From: a virus
Taxonomy: Duplodnaviria > Caudoviricetes
Strand: one strand, 5' to 3'
IMG/VR virus record: IMGVR_UViG_3300050821_001527
Location: 1-64,000 of that record
Length of the DNA: 64,000 nt
Translations under genes and position numbers: made by a program
Part shown: positions 32,392 to 42,949 of the stretch, piece by piece
How the letters are laid out: each line of letters starts with the position of its first letter
How positions within the stretch are numbered: position 1 is the stretch's first letter
Notes under the pieces: generated by a model
The model's input: only the letters and a program-made list of their open reading frames with translations
What the model was told of the DNA's origin: nothing
Databases searched by the model: none

Positions 32392-34389
32392 ATGAAGAAG
32401 AAGACAATACTCAAAACCGCCAAAGCCAGCGCAGCAAAGAAGCAAATCATCGTGGAATCCACGCCATTGATGGTTTCTGAGGCGTCCTCGGAATCTAGGA
32501 CTAGCACCAGAGGCAACGCTGCCGGTCTTATCGAGCGCACGGCCAGATATAAGAACATTGATGATGGATTGGTGCCCTTCAAGATTAACACGGGATATGG
32601 CAGCGGAGAATCCACGGTTGACATTAAGGATGCAATCATTCTATGTCAAAAAGCCTACTACAATTTTTCCCAGTTCCGTAACGTCATTGACATGATGACG
32701 GAATTCTCGGTTTCAAACATCTACCTTCGCGGTGGAACGGCGAAGGCGAGAACGTTTTTTGATGCGTTGCTCAAGAAGCTGAATATCCTCTCCTTCCAAG
32801 ACAGGTATTTCAGGGAATATTACCGTTCTGGCAACGTGTTCACTTACCGTTTCGACTCCCTTGTCGAGCCGGAAGATATAGCGAAAATCACCCAGTTGTT
32901 CGGGGCGGTTCCTCCGTTGCAGAAAACCCCCATCGCCCAGCCTCCTGCTAGACCGGCTGCTGCTCCAAAGGGCGGTAAGAGAACGATTGCTTTGCCGGGG
33001 CAAGAAGACAGTGGATTGAAATTGCCGGTTCGTTACGTTATTCTGAACCCTGCCGACGTTCGCCTATTGGGAACAGCTAACTTCGGTATCGCCATCTACC
33101 AGAAGATTCTTACTGAATACGAACTGATGCGCCTGCGTTATCCGCAGACCCCGGAAGACGAAGAACTTTACCAATCTCTGCCGGACGACACCAAGAAACT
33201 CATCGAAAACAAGAAGATGACTTTCGTTCCCCTGTTCCTGCAACCGGGCAAGATGTATATTACGTTCTATAAGAAGCAGGACTACGAACCGTTTGCCGTG
33301 CCGATGGGCTTCCCTGTTCTTGAAGACCTCAACTACAAGTATGAGTTGAAAAAGATGGACATGGCCATCAGCCGCACGATGCAGCAGATGATTCTGCTCG
33401 TTACAGCCGGTGCCAAGCCCGACGAAGGCGGAATCAACCAGAAGAACCTTGACGCTCTCAAGAAGCTGTTTGAAAATGCCTCGGTGGGACGTGTTTTGGT
33501 CGCGGACTATACAACCAAGGCTCAATTTGTCATCCCTGAAATTGCGGACATTCTCGACCCGAAGAAATACGAGGTCGTTGACCGCGACATTAACAACGGG
33601 CTGAACAACATCTTGTTGGGCGGTGAGAAGTTTGCCAATCAGGTGCAAAAGACCGACGTGTTTTTGGCTCGTTTGAACCAAGCCCGTCAGACGTTCTTGA
33701 ACGACTTCCTATTCCCTGAAATCAAGAGAATTTCTCAGGAGTTGGGCTTCAAAAATTACCCGACGCCGTATTTCGAGGACTTCGTTCTCAAGGATAATGA
33801 CGTGCGCTCAAAGATTTACACCCGCTTGATTGAATTGGGTATTTTGACCCCGGAAGACGGTATTCGTGCCATCGAAACCAACGTCTTGCCGTCCAAGGAA
33901 GAAAATGATGTTTCTCAGCAGGCTTATAGAGAAGCCCGCGACAAGGGATATTATCTTCCTCTCGTTGGAGCGTCTGTCCAAGACCCAGCGGGGGCTGGTG
34001 CAGGAAGACCGACTGGAACGCCTGCTCCTAAGATGACCAATACCATTGGGCCAATGGGAGGCAAGGCTTCCGTGGACGATTCCTATAGCCTACTCAGGTT
34101 GAAAGAGAATATGGTCTTGGCTCAAACCTTGGACGAGGGCGTCCAGAGTCATCTCAAGAAGAAATTCAAAATCAAGAAGCTAAACAAGCAGCAAGCCGAA
34201 GTAGCGGAATGTATTTCCAGCACCATCATGGTCAACGAGGAGCCAGCAAAATGGATTGAAGCCGTTGCGTCATATTGCGACAAACCGGATGGCTCGAACC
34301 CCGAAAGAGCCAAGAAGGTTGATGAAATCGCCGCGCAACACGGAGTCAATCTTTACATTGCCAGTCTGCTTATGGCCAGCAAGCAGTAA
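32392..34389 (+). CDS. portal protein
   Basis: 665 aa near terminase; AYYNFSQFRNVIDMMTEF, EYYRSGNVF, helical portal-like layout. Confidence 0.75.
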   Translation: MKKKTILKTAKASAAKKQIIVESTPLMVSEASSESRTSTRGNAAGLIERTARYKNIDDGLVPFKINTGYGSGESTVDIKDAIILCQKAYYNFSQFRNVIDMMTEFSVSNIYLRGGTAKARTFFDALLKKLNILSFQDRYFREYYRSGNVFTYRFDSLVEPEDIAKITQLFGAVPPLQKTPIAQPPARPAAAPKGGKRTIALPGQEDSGLKLPVRYVILNPADVRLLGTANFGIAIYQKILTEYELMRLRYPQTPEDEELYQSLPDDTKKLIENKKMTFVPLFLQPGKMYITFYKKQDYEPFAVPMGFPVLEDLNYKYELKKMDMAISRTMQQMILLVTAGAKPDEGGINQKNLDALKKLFENASVGRVLVADYTTKAQFVIPEIADILDPKKYEVVDRDINNGLNNILLGGEKFANQVQKTDVFLARLNQARQTFLNDFLFPEIKRISQELGFKNYPTPYFEDFVLKDNDVRSKIYTRLIELGILTPEDGIRAIETNVLPSKEENDVSQQAYREARDKGYYLPLVGASVQDPAGAGAGRPTGTPAPKMTNTIGPMGGKASVDDSYSLLRLKENMVLAQTLDEGVQSHLKKKFKIKKLNKQQAEVAECISSTIMVNEEPAKWIEAVASYCDKPDGSNPERAKKVDEIAAQHGVNLYIASLLMASKQ

Positions 34390-35093
34390 TGCTCCAATTT
34401 CTGTTCTTGGGTCAGGATACGGGGAGCCTGTTCTCGTCCTATTCTGGTATCCTGTTCAATGCTGCCATCAATTTCAGCAACGAACTGTTCTACCCAAATT
34501 ACGTCATCCTCCGAGACGCTTTCGGGGACGTGATTTTGGATTTCCCGTCCACCGGCATTACGTTTCTGCCCGCGCCGGTAGTTGACGAAACCAATTACAG
34601 CATTGTATTTGCTGGGGATTTCTTTGGTTTTGGGGATTCTGGAAGATTTACGACTAGGTTTTCGGGTGACGCGTATGGGGGTTTGAAAGACTTTTACCAG
34701 ATTTCATATTCGCTGGCTGGCTACCCATCAGGGATACTCTATGACCGACCGAATTACTCGATACTGGTAAACGGGATTATCGAGTCGGGTCTGACAGACA
34801 GGCCCACTTATTCGACGTTTGTGAACTATGGACAGGTTTCCGGCATTCTGACCGACCGACCTGTTTTCTCCTTTTCTGTGGCCTATGGACAGGCAACAGG
34901 AATCCTTGTGGACGCCCCGAAATACGAGGTAGATTTGTTTGGGAAAACAGACTCGATTCGCTACGATAAGCAGACTGTCGGGATGTTGTTTTTCGACGGA
35001 TTTATCAGCAGGGGTGCGCTGGTAGTGAACTTCGCAACGGGCGATAACATGAATCTCAGCCTTTCTTTCGTGCATGGAAGCATATCAAGATAA
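34389..35093 (+). CDS. virion structural protein with about five 18-19-aa repeats
   Basis: repeats SGILYDRP / SGLTDRP / SGILTDRP / TGILVDAP. Confidence 0.6.
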   Translation: MLQFLFLGQDTGSLFSSYSGILFNAAINFSNELFYPNYVILRDAFGDVILDFPSTGITFLPAPVVDETNYSIVFAGDFFGFGDSGRFTTRFSGDAYGGLKDFYQISYSLAGYPSGILYDRPNYSILVNGIIESGLTDRPTYSTFVNYGQVSGILTDRPVFSFSVAYGQATGILVDAPKYEVDLFGKTDSIRYDKQTVGMLFFDGFISRGALVVNFATGDNMNLSLSFVHGSISR

Positions 35094-35102
35094 GGCTAAA
35101 AA

Positions 35103-35109
35103 GTGTAAG
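35103..35109 (+). promoter_or_regulatory. putative late promoter motif GTGTAAG
   Basis: 8 nt before ATG 35118. Confidence 0.55.
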
Positions 35110-35117
35110 ATAATAGT

Positions 35118-36794
35118 ATGGACATTAAACAGAACGTGAAATACGCTCTTGAAGGGAAGTTCAAGGTTGATATTTACAATAAGGAAGGGAAGTTGATTGA
35201 ATCAACCGACTGGTTCAACAATTTCATCACTCCTACTGGGCTGTCCTACATCTACAAATACAATTTTGCCGACTGTTTCAGGTTTCTGTCCTTGGGTAAT
35301 GGAACCGCGCAAAACTCGGGCAATAAAGACGGAACCGGGCCGGGAACTACTGGCCTTTCTTCTCCAATCCCTTTCGTCCTCACAAATCTTGGATACGACA
35401 CGTCAATCACGGGATACCCCGGCGTCGTGAATCCGAATTCTTGGAGCGGGGCTTTGAGCCTGCAATATATCGGGCCTTGGGGCTACGCGGTTGGGGCCGG
35501 AATCACGGAAGAACTTACCGGCCCTCGTTTCTATCGAGCATGGAGAATTCCTTACTACCAGCAAGAGGGTTCGCCGACCTTGATTACTGGCGGGGACTTG
35601 CAAGTCCAAGAATTTTCTGTATTCCCTTCCAGCGGAGAAGACCCTACTGGCCGTTACGCTTTCAGCCGTGTCAGAAAACCAGTTACCATCCCAAACGGCA
35701 CCTATGCTTACGTCTCATACCAACTGGCCATCAATTTGACCAGCAATATCATCCAGCCGCTTACGGGTGGGACTTTCAATACGGGCAACGCCGATGTTTC
35801 CTTCGAGAGTTTGCAGGTAGGGGAATGGGCGAAACTAAGCGGAAACTACCGACAGGTGTATCATGGTTTGGCTTGGATTGATGCAAATGGTGCCTCTCTG
35901 GTTCCTCAATACGGGGCAATTATGGAGCCTTCCTGCACGGGTTTGCACGAAGCCAGATTCTACCTTTCCCCGGACAATGGGCAATTTGACGTTTCTACCA
36001 CCGGGGGGGCGCAGTCTGACGAATCCTCGGCTTATGCCGCCGATGGGCTTTATGGTTTCTCCCACCAAACTCCGGTTTGGAGAGGACAGGCCAATAACAC
36101 CTACGAGATTGATTACACTTTCACCAATACGATTGTCCCTACAGTATATAACAACACCATCCCGACTCTTACCGCCAAGACGTTAAAGGCCAACATCAGG
36201 ATGGGACACGTAGGAAACATTCAGGACGTGATACCGTTTGCAATATACGATTACGATGTTTCGCCAAGCTTGGCTAGAAACATGTCCCCTATCGTTGACC
36301 CTATTGACTACGAGTATCAGACATATTCCAATGCGACTCCGGGCGTGAATGCGGACGCTACAGGAATAAACCCGGCCTATCCAGCGCACGGAAACCAAGC
36401 CCTGATTTCGACCAGAGGTTTCAATTTACCAATCACGGGATACCCGACTACCGGACGCAGCCGTCAGTTGATAAGAAGGCATTCATTCATGCCAGCCCAA
36501 TCGCTAGGAAAAAACACTAGATTTGGCTCTCTGGTTTATGCTTTCGTAGCCAACGGGAATTTCACGAATGACTTTTTCCCGACTCTCGACTGTCTATTCT
36601 ACGACTCTTCCGGTCAATATCTCATGTCTCACTATCGAGAGATTACGGGCTTATACTTCACCAACAGGGGCAGCGGAATCGTGGACGCCGCCACATATAC
36701 TGTTCCAGCGTTGAGTTTACCGTTCACACACAGGACATTTCAAGGGCCGGGAACCGGCGACCTGTATGGACACCCTGCGGAGCTAGGAGGCTAA
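35118..36794 (+). CDS. tail fibre/baseplate-like structural protein (paralog of 38514..40088)
   Basis: KFKVDIYNKEGKLIESTDWFNNFITPTG..FADCFRFLSLGNGT. Confidence 0.6.
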   Translation: MDIKQNVKYALEGKFKVDIYNKEGKLIESTDWFNNFITPTGLSYIYKYNFADCFRFLSLGNGTAQNSGNKDGTGPGTTGLSSPIPFVLTNLGYDTSITGYPGVVNPNSWSGALSLQYIGPWGYAVGAGITEELTGPRFYRAWRIPYYQQEGSPTLITGGDLQVQEFSVFPSSGEDPTGRYAFSRVRKPVTIPNGTYAYVSYQLAINLTSNIIQPLTGGTFNTGNADVSFESLQVGEWAKLSGNYRQVYHGLAWIDANGASLVPQYGAIMEPSCTGLHEARFYLSPDNGQFDVSTTGGAQSDESSAYAADGLYGFSHQTPVWRGQANNTYEIDYTFTNTIVPTVYNNTIPTLTAKTLKANIRMGHVGNIQDVIPFAIYDYDVSPSLARNMSPIVDPIDYEYQTYSNATPGVNADATGINPAYPAHGNQALISTRGFNLPITGYPTTGRSRQLIRRHSFMPAQSLGKNTRFGSLVYAFVANGNFTNDFFPTLDCLFYDSSGQYLMSHYREITGLYFTNRGSGIVDAATYTVPALSLPFTHRTFQGPGTGDLYGHPAELGG

Positions 36795-36795
36795 C

Positions 36796-37422
36796 ATGTA
36801 TTATTACGCTTCTGAACTAACAGGATTTGCAATGCCGGGTGTATCGTTGAACGCCAACGACGCGCTTGGGCAAACTGGAAGCTTGCCGTCGCTTACCAAT
36901 TCCGGGGTGGGAGAAATCTATGGAATCTTCATCAGCACGGGGTTCCCGTCCATTGGATTGATTCCTCATATCCCAAGCGGGGTAAAGCCTTCCGTTTCGG
37001 CCAATGTTTACTACCCACAGGTTCCGCCATTTGAAACTGGGGCAGTTGCTCTCTACTTTTTTATCATGGGGATTACCGGGCTTCCTTCTTGGTTGGCTCC
37101 GGGCGGATATGCCGACCTGACTCATCCGTTACTTTCGGGAACTGGAAACACCAGTTTGAACTGTGAAGTCCTAACGAACGGGCAAGTCAAATATGCCGGG
37201 ACAAGCGGCTACTTGCGCCCAAGCGGATATTTGCTCCATAAGGAAGTTTACGCCCTCCTGCCGAATTATGCCCTGCCCGACATTGGGATTACTGGGGCTA
37301 CCGGGGTCAATTATCCAACTAGCGTAGGTGGAGTATATCCTGCTATGTTGCAGGACAACATCCTGAGTATCAATGTCGAAATGACATGGTGGGCCGATTC
37401 GGGTGACGCCATCAACTGTTAA
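36796..37422 (+). CDS. structural protein
   Basis: Gly/Thr-rich; C-terminus GGVYPAM..NVEMTWWADS shared with the next gene. Confidence 0.55.
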   Translation: MYYYASELTGFAMPGVSLNANDALGQTGSLPSLTNSGVGEIYGIFISTGFPSIGLIPHIPSGVKPSVSANVYYPQVPPFETGAVALYFFIMGITGLPSWLAPGGYADLTHPLLSGTGNTSLNCEVLTNGQVKYAGTSGYLRPSGYLLHKEVYALLPNYALPDIGITGATGVNYPTSVGGVYPAMLQDNILSINVEMTWWADSGDAINC

Positions 37423-37431
37423 AATGCAAAA

Positions 37432-38514
37432 ATGCCTATTTACAATGAGCCTGTCGGAATCCCGTTCTCAGGTGTCCCGTTAAATCCAGACATAACGGGT
37501 TCGTTGGATACTGGCGTTTACCCGCACGGCTTCGGACAAGTTTTTGGAATCTACTGGAATCAAATAGCCTATCCTTCCGTCGCCTTGGCGAAGCACTCCC
37601 TTGATAGTCTGTCCCCACCCGGAGAAAGCGGGGATGTTTATTGGCCAGCCCCGTGTCCATTTGGGCAAAAAGTCATTCTTGGATTCAATCAAATTGAATA
37701 CTACGACCCTGTATTGGGTGTGTATCTCTACGATGAGTCGGGGGTGTTGAGGCAGAATAACCAACCAGTCGTTGACTTCAATTTCTCCTCAATCTTGCCC
37801 ATGCCGTCTGTAACCGGGCAAACACTGGGTTCAAACAACGGGTATTTTCTAACTACAGCTAGAGTCGGGAGAACCGGGGACGGAAGCTGGTCTAACTTCG
37901 CCTCTTTATCCATAGCCTCACCCAACTTCACGGGATATATCGCTTACAAAAGTGGAACGGGGATGCAGGCATTTGATGGCGGCGGGAACTTTGGAGATTA
38001 TACTGACAGCGGGGTGCTGAAAATCAAAATTGAGAACTCAACCCTCTACTTCAAGCCATTTACCCCCATGCTTTACCATGACGAAGTTCCACATGGAACA
38101 GGACTTGTCCCTTGTTGGAGGGTGACCGGACTTTTCGAGACATTGGCCGATATGACGGGAGATTTCAACAGAAGAATCTCTTTTACCCAACCGGGGAATC
38201 AATATTGTGTTTTCTTTTCCGGTTACGATGGCTCAACGCCTTTGTTTATAACCTACTTAAATGGAGGGTCTGGAATCGGGTATTTCAATGCCCAGCCCGT
38301 GATTCCGGCGTTCCAGCCACCCGAAGCCGTCCTTTTACACGTTGAAAACTCGGGGCTTTTGCCCAACTATGGACAGCCGACAAGCGATACTTTTCCTGAA
38401 TACGCGATTGTCAGGGGCGGATATTATCCAGCCATGCCGGTGTCGGTTGGTGTAAATATTTACATGACGATGGCGTGGGAAGCGGATTGCAGCGATGCGG
38501 AGAATTGCAGATAA
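37432..38514 (+). CDS. structural protein
   Basis: C-terminus GGYYPAM..IYMTMAWEADC. Confidence 0.55.
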   Translation: MPIYNEPVGIPFSGVPLNPDITGSLDTGVYPHGFGQVFGIYWNQIAYPSVALAKHSLDSLSPPGESGDVYWPAPCPFGQKVILGFNQIEYYDPVLGVYLYDESGVLRQNNQPVVDFNFSSILPMPSVTGQTLGSNNGYFLTTARVGRTGDGSWSNFASLSIASPNFTGYIAYKSGTGMQAFDGGGNFGDYTDSGVLKIKIENSTLYFKPFTPMLYHDEVPHGTGLVPCWRVTGLFETLADMTGDFNRRISFTQPGNQYCVFFSGYDGSTPLFITYLNGGSGIGYFNAQPVIPAFQPPEAVLLHVENSGLLPNYGQPTSDTFPEYAIVRGGYYPAMPVSVGVNIYMTMAWEADCSDAENCR

Positions 38515-40088
38515 TGATTACAAAGGCTAAACTTAACCTCAAGGGCCAATACAGGATAAAGGTCTTCGGTTCCGGGGACGTTCTGAAGTCGGATACAGAT
38601 TTCATTGATAATCTGATTACCGATTCGGGAATCCTGTTCCCATTCGACATGGCCTTCGCTGACACGTTTCGTTATCTCAATCTCGGAACAAGCACGACCC
38701 CGCCCTCCAATAGCGACACGGGGGTTTTCAGCCCTATTTCAGAATATTCGTATTTGGGAGCTTACGCAGCAGTTACAGCCGGAATATCCAATCCAGCAAG
38801 CCCAATGCAGATTCCCGATGACGCCTCTTATTCGCCCGAAGGCTGTGGAACTACATACCAGTTTGACTCAATTTCTCTATTCAGGACGTGGAGGGTTCCG
38901 TCCGGCGTTGGTTCGGCTACCGATGGAAATATCATTACCGAGTTTGCGGTTTCCCCCTCTGCTCCAATCGAGCTTGGAATCGCTACTTCTGGATATGCCG
39001 ATACCATTCCTTTTACCGTAAAGCCAGAGCATTCTTTGGCGTTTTCGAGAACTACTGGCAGAGTCGTATTGGACGCGGGAGACTATGCTTTGGTGACTTA
39101 CCGACTCAACGTGTATCCTTCCACCGGAGCGGCCCCTATCAGCGTCAACTTGAATACTGCTGGATTCGACCACGGGGCTTCCGATACATGCACGGGATGG
39201 TTGGGTCAGTTGACGGGGGTTCAGGGCATCGTTCATGCCGGAATCAAGGTTATCTCTGGCCCAATTCCGGTGGACACATCAACAGAACTTTCCACTCATT
39301 TTGTTCCACAAAGCCCTCATTACGGAAACAATTACTTCGGGGTGAGTTATACTCCCAGAGTTGGGGCATTGCTTGAGCCTTCCCATTCGACTTTGAATGA
39401 TGCTTTTGACTATGTTGCGTATTCGTCGAACGACCTTACTCAATTTGTGGCCACTCCCAGCGGCGGGCATATTGACCCGGCTATTCAAAGCCGTTTCTTT
39501 CCGTTTAACCCTGCTGGAATTAAGACAAGTGGAATTTGCGGGTATATCTACAACGTCCTTGGTCAATCGTCGCCAGTTCTCCCGAATAATATCCGCATAG
39601 GGTCTTCGCCCTCGGTTGTAGGGTATTCGGTTGCCCCAAACCAGTCCACGGATTTCCCTTCTTCTACCGACATTACGGTTGCGGCGAGTCCGGTGCCTTC
39701 TACCACAAACATTTTCAATGCTTCTCTGAACTTCGGCGTTGTCAATCGAGTTTATGGCTCGGATACTCAGTCACGCGCCCTGAATTTCACTTGGCTGGCC
39801 GGGGTTACAATTCCGGGCAGTCCAGATTTCATATCCTCCGTGGTAATTGCCCATCCAGACATTTACCCGCCTTCTCCAAGTCCGTCAGTCAGGAATACCC
39901 CGGCTACATTGTTCCCAGTGTTTGAAATGATGCTGAACACTATTGACGGAAGATGTATTCCTCCGTTGGTCGTAGATGGTTCCGCTACGGGATTCAATCA
40001 GTGGGCCGACGATACGGCGATAAAGCTGTTCTTCGATGGGACGCACAACTTGGGTCTAAGCTTTAACATAAGCTGGTCGAGGGTTTAA
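38514..40088 (+). CDS. tail fibre/baseplate-like structural protein
   Basis: MITKAKLNLKGQYRIKVF..DFIDNLITDSG..FADTFRYLNLGTST; start at the TAATG overlap. Confidence 0.6.
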   Translation: MITKAKLNLKGQYRIKVFGSGDVLKSDTDFIDNLITDSGILFPFDMAFADTFRYLNLGTSTTPPSNSDTGVFSPISEYSYLGAYAAVTAGISNPASPMQIPDDASYSPEGCGTTYQFDSISLFRTWRVPSGVGSATDGNIITEFAVSPSAPIELGIATSGYADTIPFTVKPEHSLAFSRTTGRVVLDAGDYALVTYRLNVYPSTGAAPISVNLNTAGFDHGASDTCTGWLGQLTGVQGIVHAGIKVISGPIPVDTSTELSTHFVPQSPHYGNNYFGVSYTPRVGALLEPSHSTLNDAFDYVAYSSNDLTQFVATPSGGHIDPAIQSRFFPFNPAGIKTSGICGYIYNVLGQSSPVLPNNIRIGSSPSVVGYSVAPNQSTDFPSSTDITVAASPVPSTTNIFNASLNFGVVNRVYGSDTQSRALNFTWLAGVTIPGSPDFISSVVIAHPDIYPPSPSPSVRNTPATLFPVFEMMLNTIDGRCIPPLVVDGSATGFNQWADDTAIKLFFDGTHNLGLSFNISWSRV

Positions 40089-40095
40089 GTGTAAT
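40089..40095 (+). promoter_or_regulatory. putative late promoter motif GTGTAAT
   Basis: 7 nt before ATG 40103; another copy at 40649 precedes the protease. Confidence 0.6.
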
Positions 40096-40102
40096 TCATA
40101 GT

Positions 40103-40654
40103 ATGCAGACCGTCGCTGATACCATCAAAAAAGCCCTAGAAACGAAAGCCGATGAACAGGTTTACGTGGATGGCATTGGTGGCAAGACAACCAAGAAGCC
40201 TGATACCAAATGGCGTAGTTTGGATTGGGTTAAGGAATTTCCGGGCATGGCCCCAAAAACCACGGAATCCAAACCCAAGAATGTCGAGAAGAAATTCGCA
40301 GAAAAGCAGAAAGAGCAGAGCGTTCAGACCCCTCAAAAGCCGGGGGGCGGTATGCCGGTGGCTACAGCGGAACCGGAACATTACGTGGATTTAACCAAGT
40401 ATGGCAACTCCGACTTCTACATTGATGAATACCCCGGTTTAGGCGGGTTTGCGAAAGCGGAAGAAATCACGCACTACGATGGACTCTACCAAGACGAGGC
40501 TACTAAACAGACCAAGCCAAAAAATGTCCCCAAAAAGTTCAAGTATAAGCTGGGAGAGCGTAAGAATTACACAAATCAATACCGTGTCCTGATTGAAGCT
40601 CCAATGAAGCTTTACAAGGATTTTATGGTCGCAAAAGCAGTAGTTACCGTGTAA
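40103..40654 (+). CDS. hypothetical protein (head module)
   Basis: 183 aa, Lys-rich. Confidence 0.65.
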   Translation: MQTVADTIKKALETKADEQVYVDGIGGKTTKKPDTKWRSLDWVKEFPGMAPKTTESKPKNVEKKFAEKQKEQSVQTPQKPGGGMPVATAEPEHYVDLTKYGNSDFYIDEYPGLGGFAKAEEITHYDGLYQDEATKQTKPKNVPKKFKYKLGERKNYTNQYRVLIEAPMKLYKDFMVAKAVVTV

Positions 40655-40667
40655 TAGATGGGGAGAT

Positions 40668-42329
40668 ATGGAATTTAAGTTCAAAACGTGCTTTAGCTCG
40701 ACAGTAAAACCACTTGTCACCGAAGAAAGGGATAAATACCTTTCGCTCGCAAGCATTTCCAATCTTAGCTCCTTCATCCCGAACATTGATACGGCCAGAA
40801 ACATTGATTTATTGCCAGCCGCCTTCAATGCCTGCGTAATCAACCGAGTCAATCTAAACGGGGACATCGTTGATACCGCTACAGCGATGGACATGGCCGA
40901 CTATTTCATCAACAAGCCGATTGACGTAGAGCATAACAGGCAGCACCTTATCGGCGTTATTTTGACGGTTGGATTCAGCAAATTTGGAACGGACGAACCG
41001 CTTTCCCGCGCAGAAGCCAGCCAGATGACTACTCCGTTCAACCTTACTTTGGGGTGCGTATTCTGGAAGGTCGTAAACCCTGAATTGACTGACAGGATTG
41101 AGGAATCCAATGACCCATCAAGCCCGTATTACTTGACTGTTTCTGCAAGTTGGGAACTTGGTTTTAGTGAATTTGATGTAGCCGTAGCTTCTGCGGGTGG
41201 TAAGAATTTGGAAGACTGCGCGATTGTTTCCGACGCTAAATCCATCTCCGTGATTGAGAAGTATCTCAAGTGTAATGGTGGGACAGGCAAGCTCCAAGAC
41301 GGAAAACTTATATATCGTAAAGTGGTTGGGCAGGTTGTTCCTTTGGGTGTTGGTATTACTGGAAACCCAGCCGCAGATGTTGTAGGAATCGCTGTAAATA
41401 CGGCCACTCCATCGAAGGATATTACCATTTGTGATTCTGCGGAATCGCACGGGCACAGCATAGATAAATGCAGTTGCGGTAAAATCATTCGTCAATGCAG
41501 ATGTTCTTTCGCTGGCAAGCCAGTCAACGTTATTGAAAACGGTTGTAAAGATTGCCAAGAAAGTTCAAAAAAGATTTCACAATCATCGAATTTGGTTGTA
41601 AATACAGATAGCAAGAAACTTATGAAGCTCAATTCTCTGTCAGACATTAACGAAACGAACTGGAAGGAGCTTACTGCTTCTGTCGTTACCGAGTTCGTCG
41701 CTCAGGAAATGAAGAAGGCGAACGAGCAATTCATTGCTGACAAGAACAAGGATGCGGAAAACTTGAAGGCGTCCCAAGCGGCACAAAAGCAGCTTGAAGC
41801 CGACCACGCAACCATGAAGGCTTCTCTGGAACTCGTTCAGACCGAACTCGGAACTCTCAAGACTGAGAAGACCGAAAGGGAAAAGGTTGACAAGTTCAAT
41901 CACCGCATGAGCGACATCCACGCGTCTTACACTCTGTCGGATGACGTTTCCAAGGTTATCGCCTCCCAAATCAAGGACTTGGGCACAGCCGACGAAGCTT
42001 TCGCAAAGTATAAGGAAAGCATGGCCGTTTTCTTGACCCCGTTCAAGAAGAAGACCGAGGCTGAAATCGCCGCCGAAGCTAAGGCTTCCGCCGATGCCAA
42101 AATCGCCTTGGAAGCTAAGGCCACAGCCGATGCCGCAACTGCCGAAGCGAAGAAACTTTCCGAAGCCCAAGCTCAAAAGGTCATTGATGACGCAATCGAG
42201 AAGGGCAAGAAGGACAAGGGCGGTCTGCCGAACACAGCAGCAGGGCAGAAGCCGACTCTGATTGAGAAATACGCCGTAGCGTTCTCTCTCGAAGAAGGAT
42301 TTGAATTCCGCAACACCAGCAGGAGATAA
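40668..42329 (+). CDS. prohead protease-scaffold fusion
   Basis: NKPIDVEHN (His), VSASWEL (Ser); C-terminal Ala/Lys/Glu coiled coil; directly upstream of the capsid genes. Confidence 0.8.
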   Translation: MEFKFKTCFSSTVKPLVTEERDKYLSLASISNLSSFIPNIDTARNIDLLPAAFNACVINRVNLNGDIVDTATAMDMADYFINKPIDVEHNRQHLIGVILTVGFSKFGTDEPLSRAEASQMTTPFNLTLGCVFWKVVNPELTDRIEESNDPSSPYYLTVSASWELGFSEFDVAVASAGGKNLEDCAIVSDAKSISVIEKYLKCNGGTGKLQDGKLIYRKVVGQVVPLGVGITGNPAADVVGIAVNTATPSKDITICDSAESHGHSIDKCSCGKIIRQCRCSFAGKPVNVIENGCKDCQESSKKISQSSNLVVNTDSKKLMKLNSLSDINETNWKELTASVVTEFVAQEMKKANEQFIADKNKDAENLKASQAAQKQLEADHATMKASLELVQTELGTLKTEKTEREKVDKFNHRMSDIHASYTLSDDVSKVIASQIKDLGTADEAFAKYKESMAVFLTPFKKKTEAEIAAEAKASADAKIALEAKATADAATAEAKKLSEAQAQKVIDDAIEKGKKDKGGLPNTAAGQKPTLIEKYAVAFSLEEGFEFRNTSRR

Positions 42330-42337
42330 ATAAATTT

Positions 42338-42916
42338 ATGTCACAGAAACTACTACAACTCAGAACTTACGACGAACGCGACGTTATCAACGTCTATGCT
42401 CTGTCCGGCTATGTAGCCGACACTACCACTGTCATCTACAGGGGGCTGGTAGTCAAGGTCGCCGGAAACGGCTGGATGGCCGACGCTCAGAACCCAATCG
42501 AATTCCTCGGTGGGCCAAGCGCGTTCCAGCCAAGCAACGTTGTCTCGCAGCGTTACGGTGTGGGGCCGAAGATGGTTCCGACCAACGCGGGCGATGTCGC
42601 CCTCGGTATGACGCTTTACGATATTCGTGAAACCGACGAAAACGGCGAACTCTTGAAGTTCCGCCCGCGCAAGGCTGCTGAAATGGAAGCCTGCATCAGC
42701 GGTCAAGCTGTTCCGGTTGTTCGCAAGGGTATGTTCCATATCTCCGGTCTGACGACTGGAAATGGTATCACCGGCGCGATTACGGCTGGTTCCCAGCTTT
42801 ATGTCGGAGCGAACGGAACTTTGAGTTCCCTCGCCTCTGGTGCTGCGGTTGGTATCGCTCTGGGAAGCACTGATTCCCACGGTGGAACCATCGTGTATTT
42901 CGATGTTGGTGTCTAA
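42338..42916 (+). CDS. capsid decoration/cement protein
   Basis: small beta-rich Gly-rich protein between scaffold and MCP; AITAGSQLYVGANG..GIALG. Confidence 0.65.
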   Translation: MSQKLLQLRTYDERDVINVYALSGYVADTTTVIYRGLVVKVAGNGWMADAQNPIEFLGGPSAFQPSNVVSQRYGVGPKMVPTNAGDVALGMTLYDIRETDENGELLKFRPRKAAEMEACISGQAVPVVRKGMFHISGLTTGNGITGAITAGSQLYVGANGTLSSLASGAAVGIALGSTDSHGGTIVYFDVGV

Positions 42917-42949
42917 TACGGTCACTAAATCACACAAGGACAAAAATTT

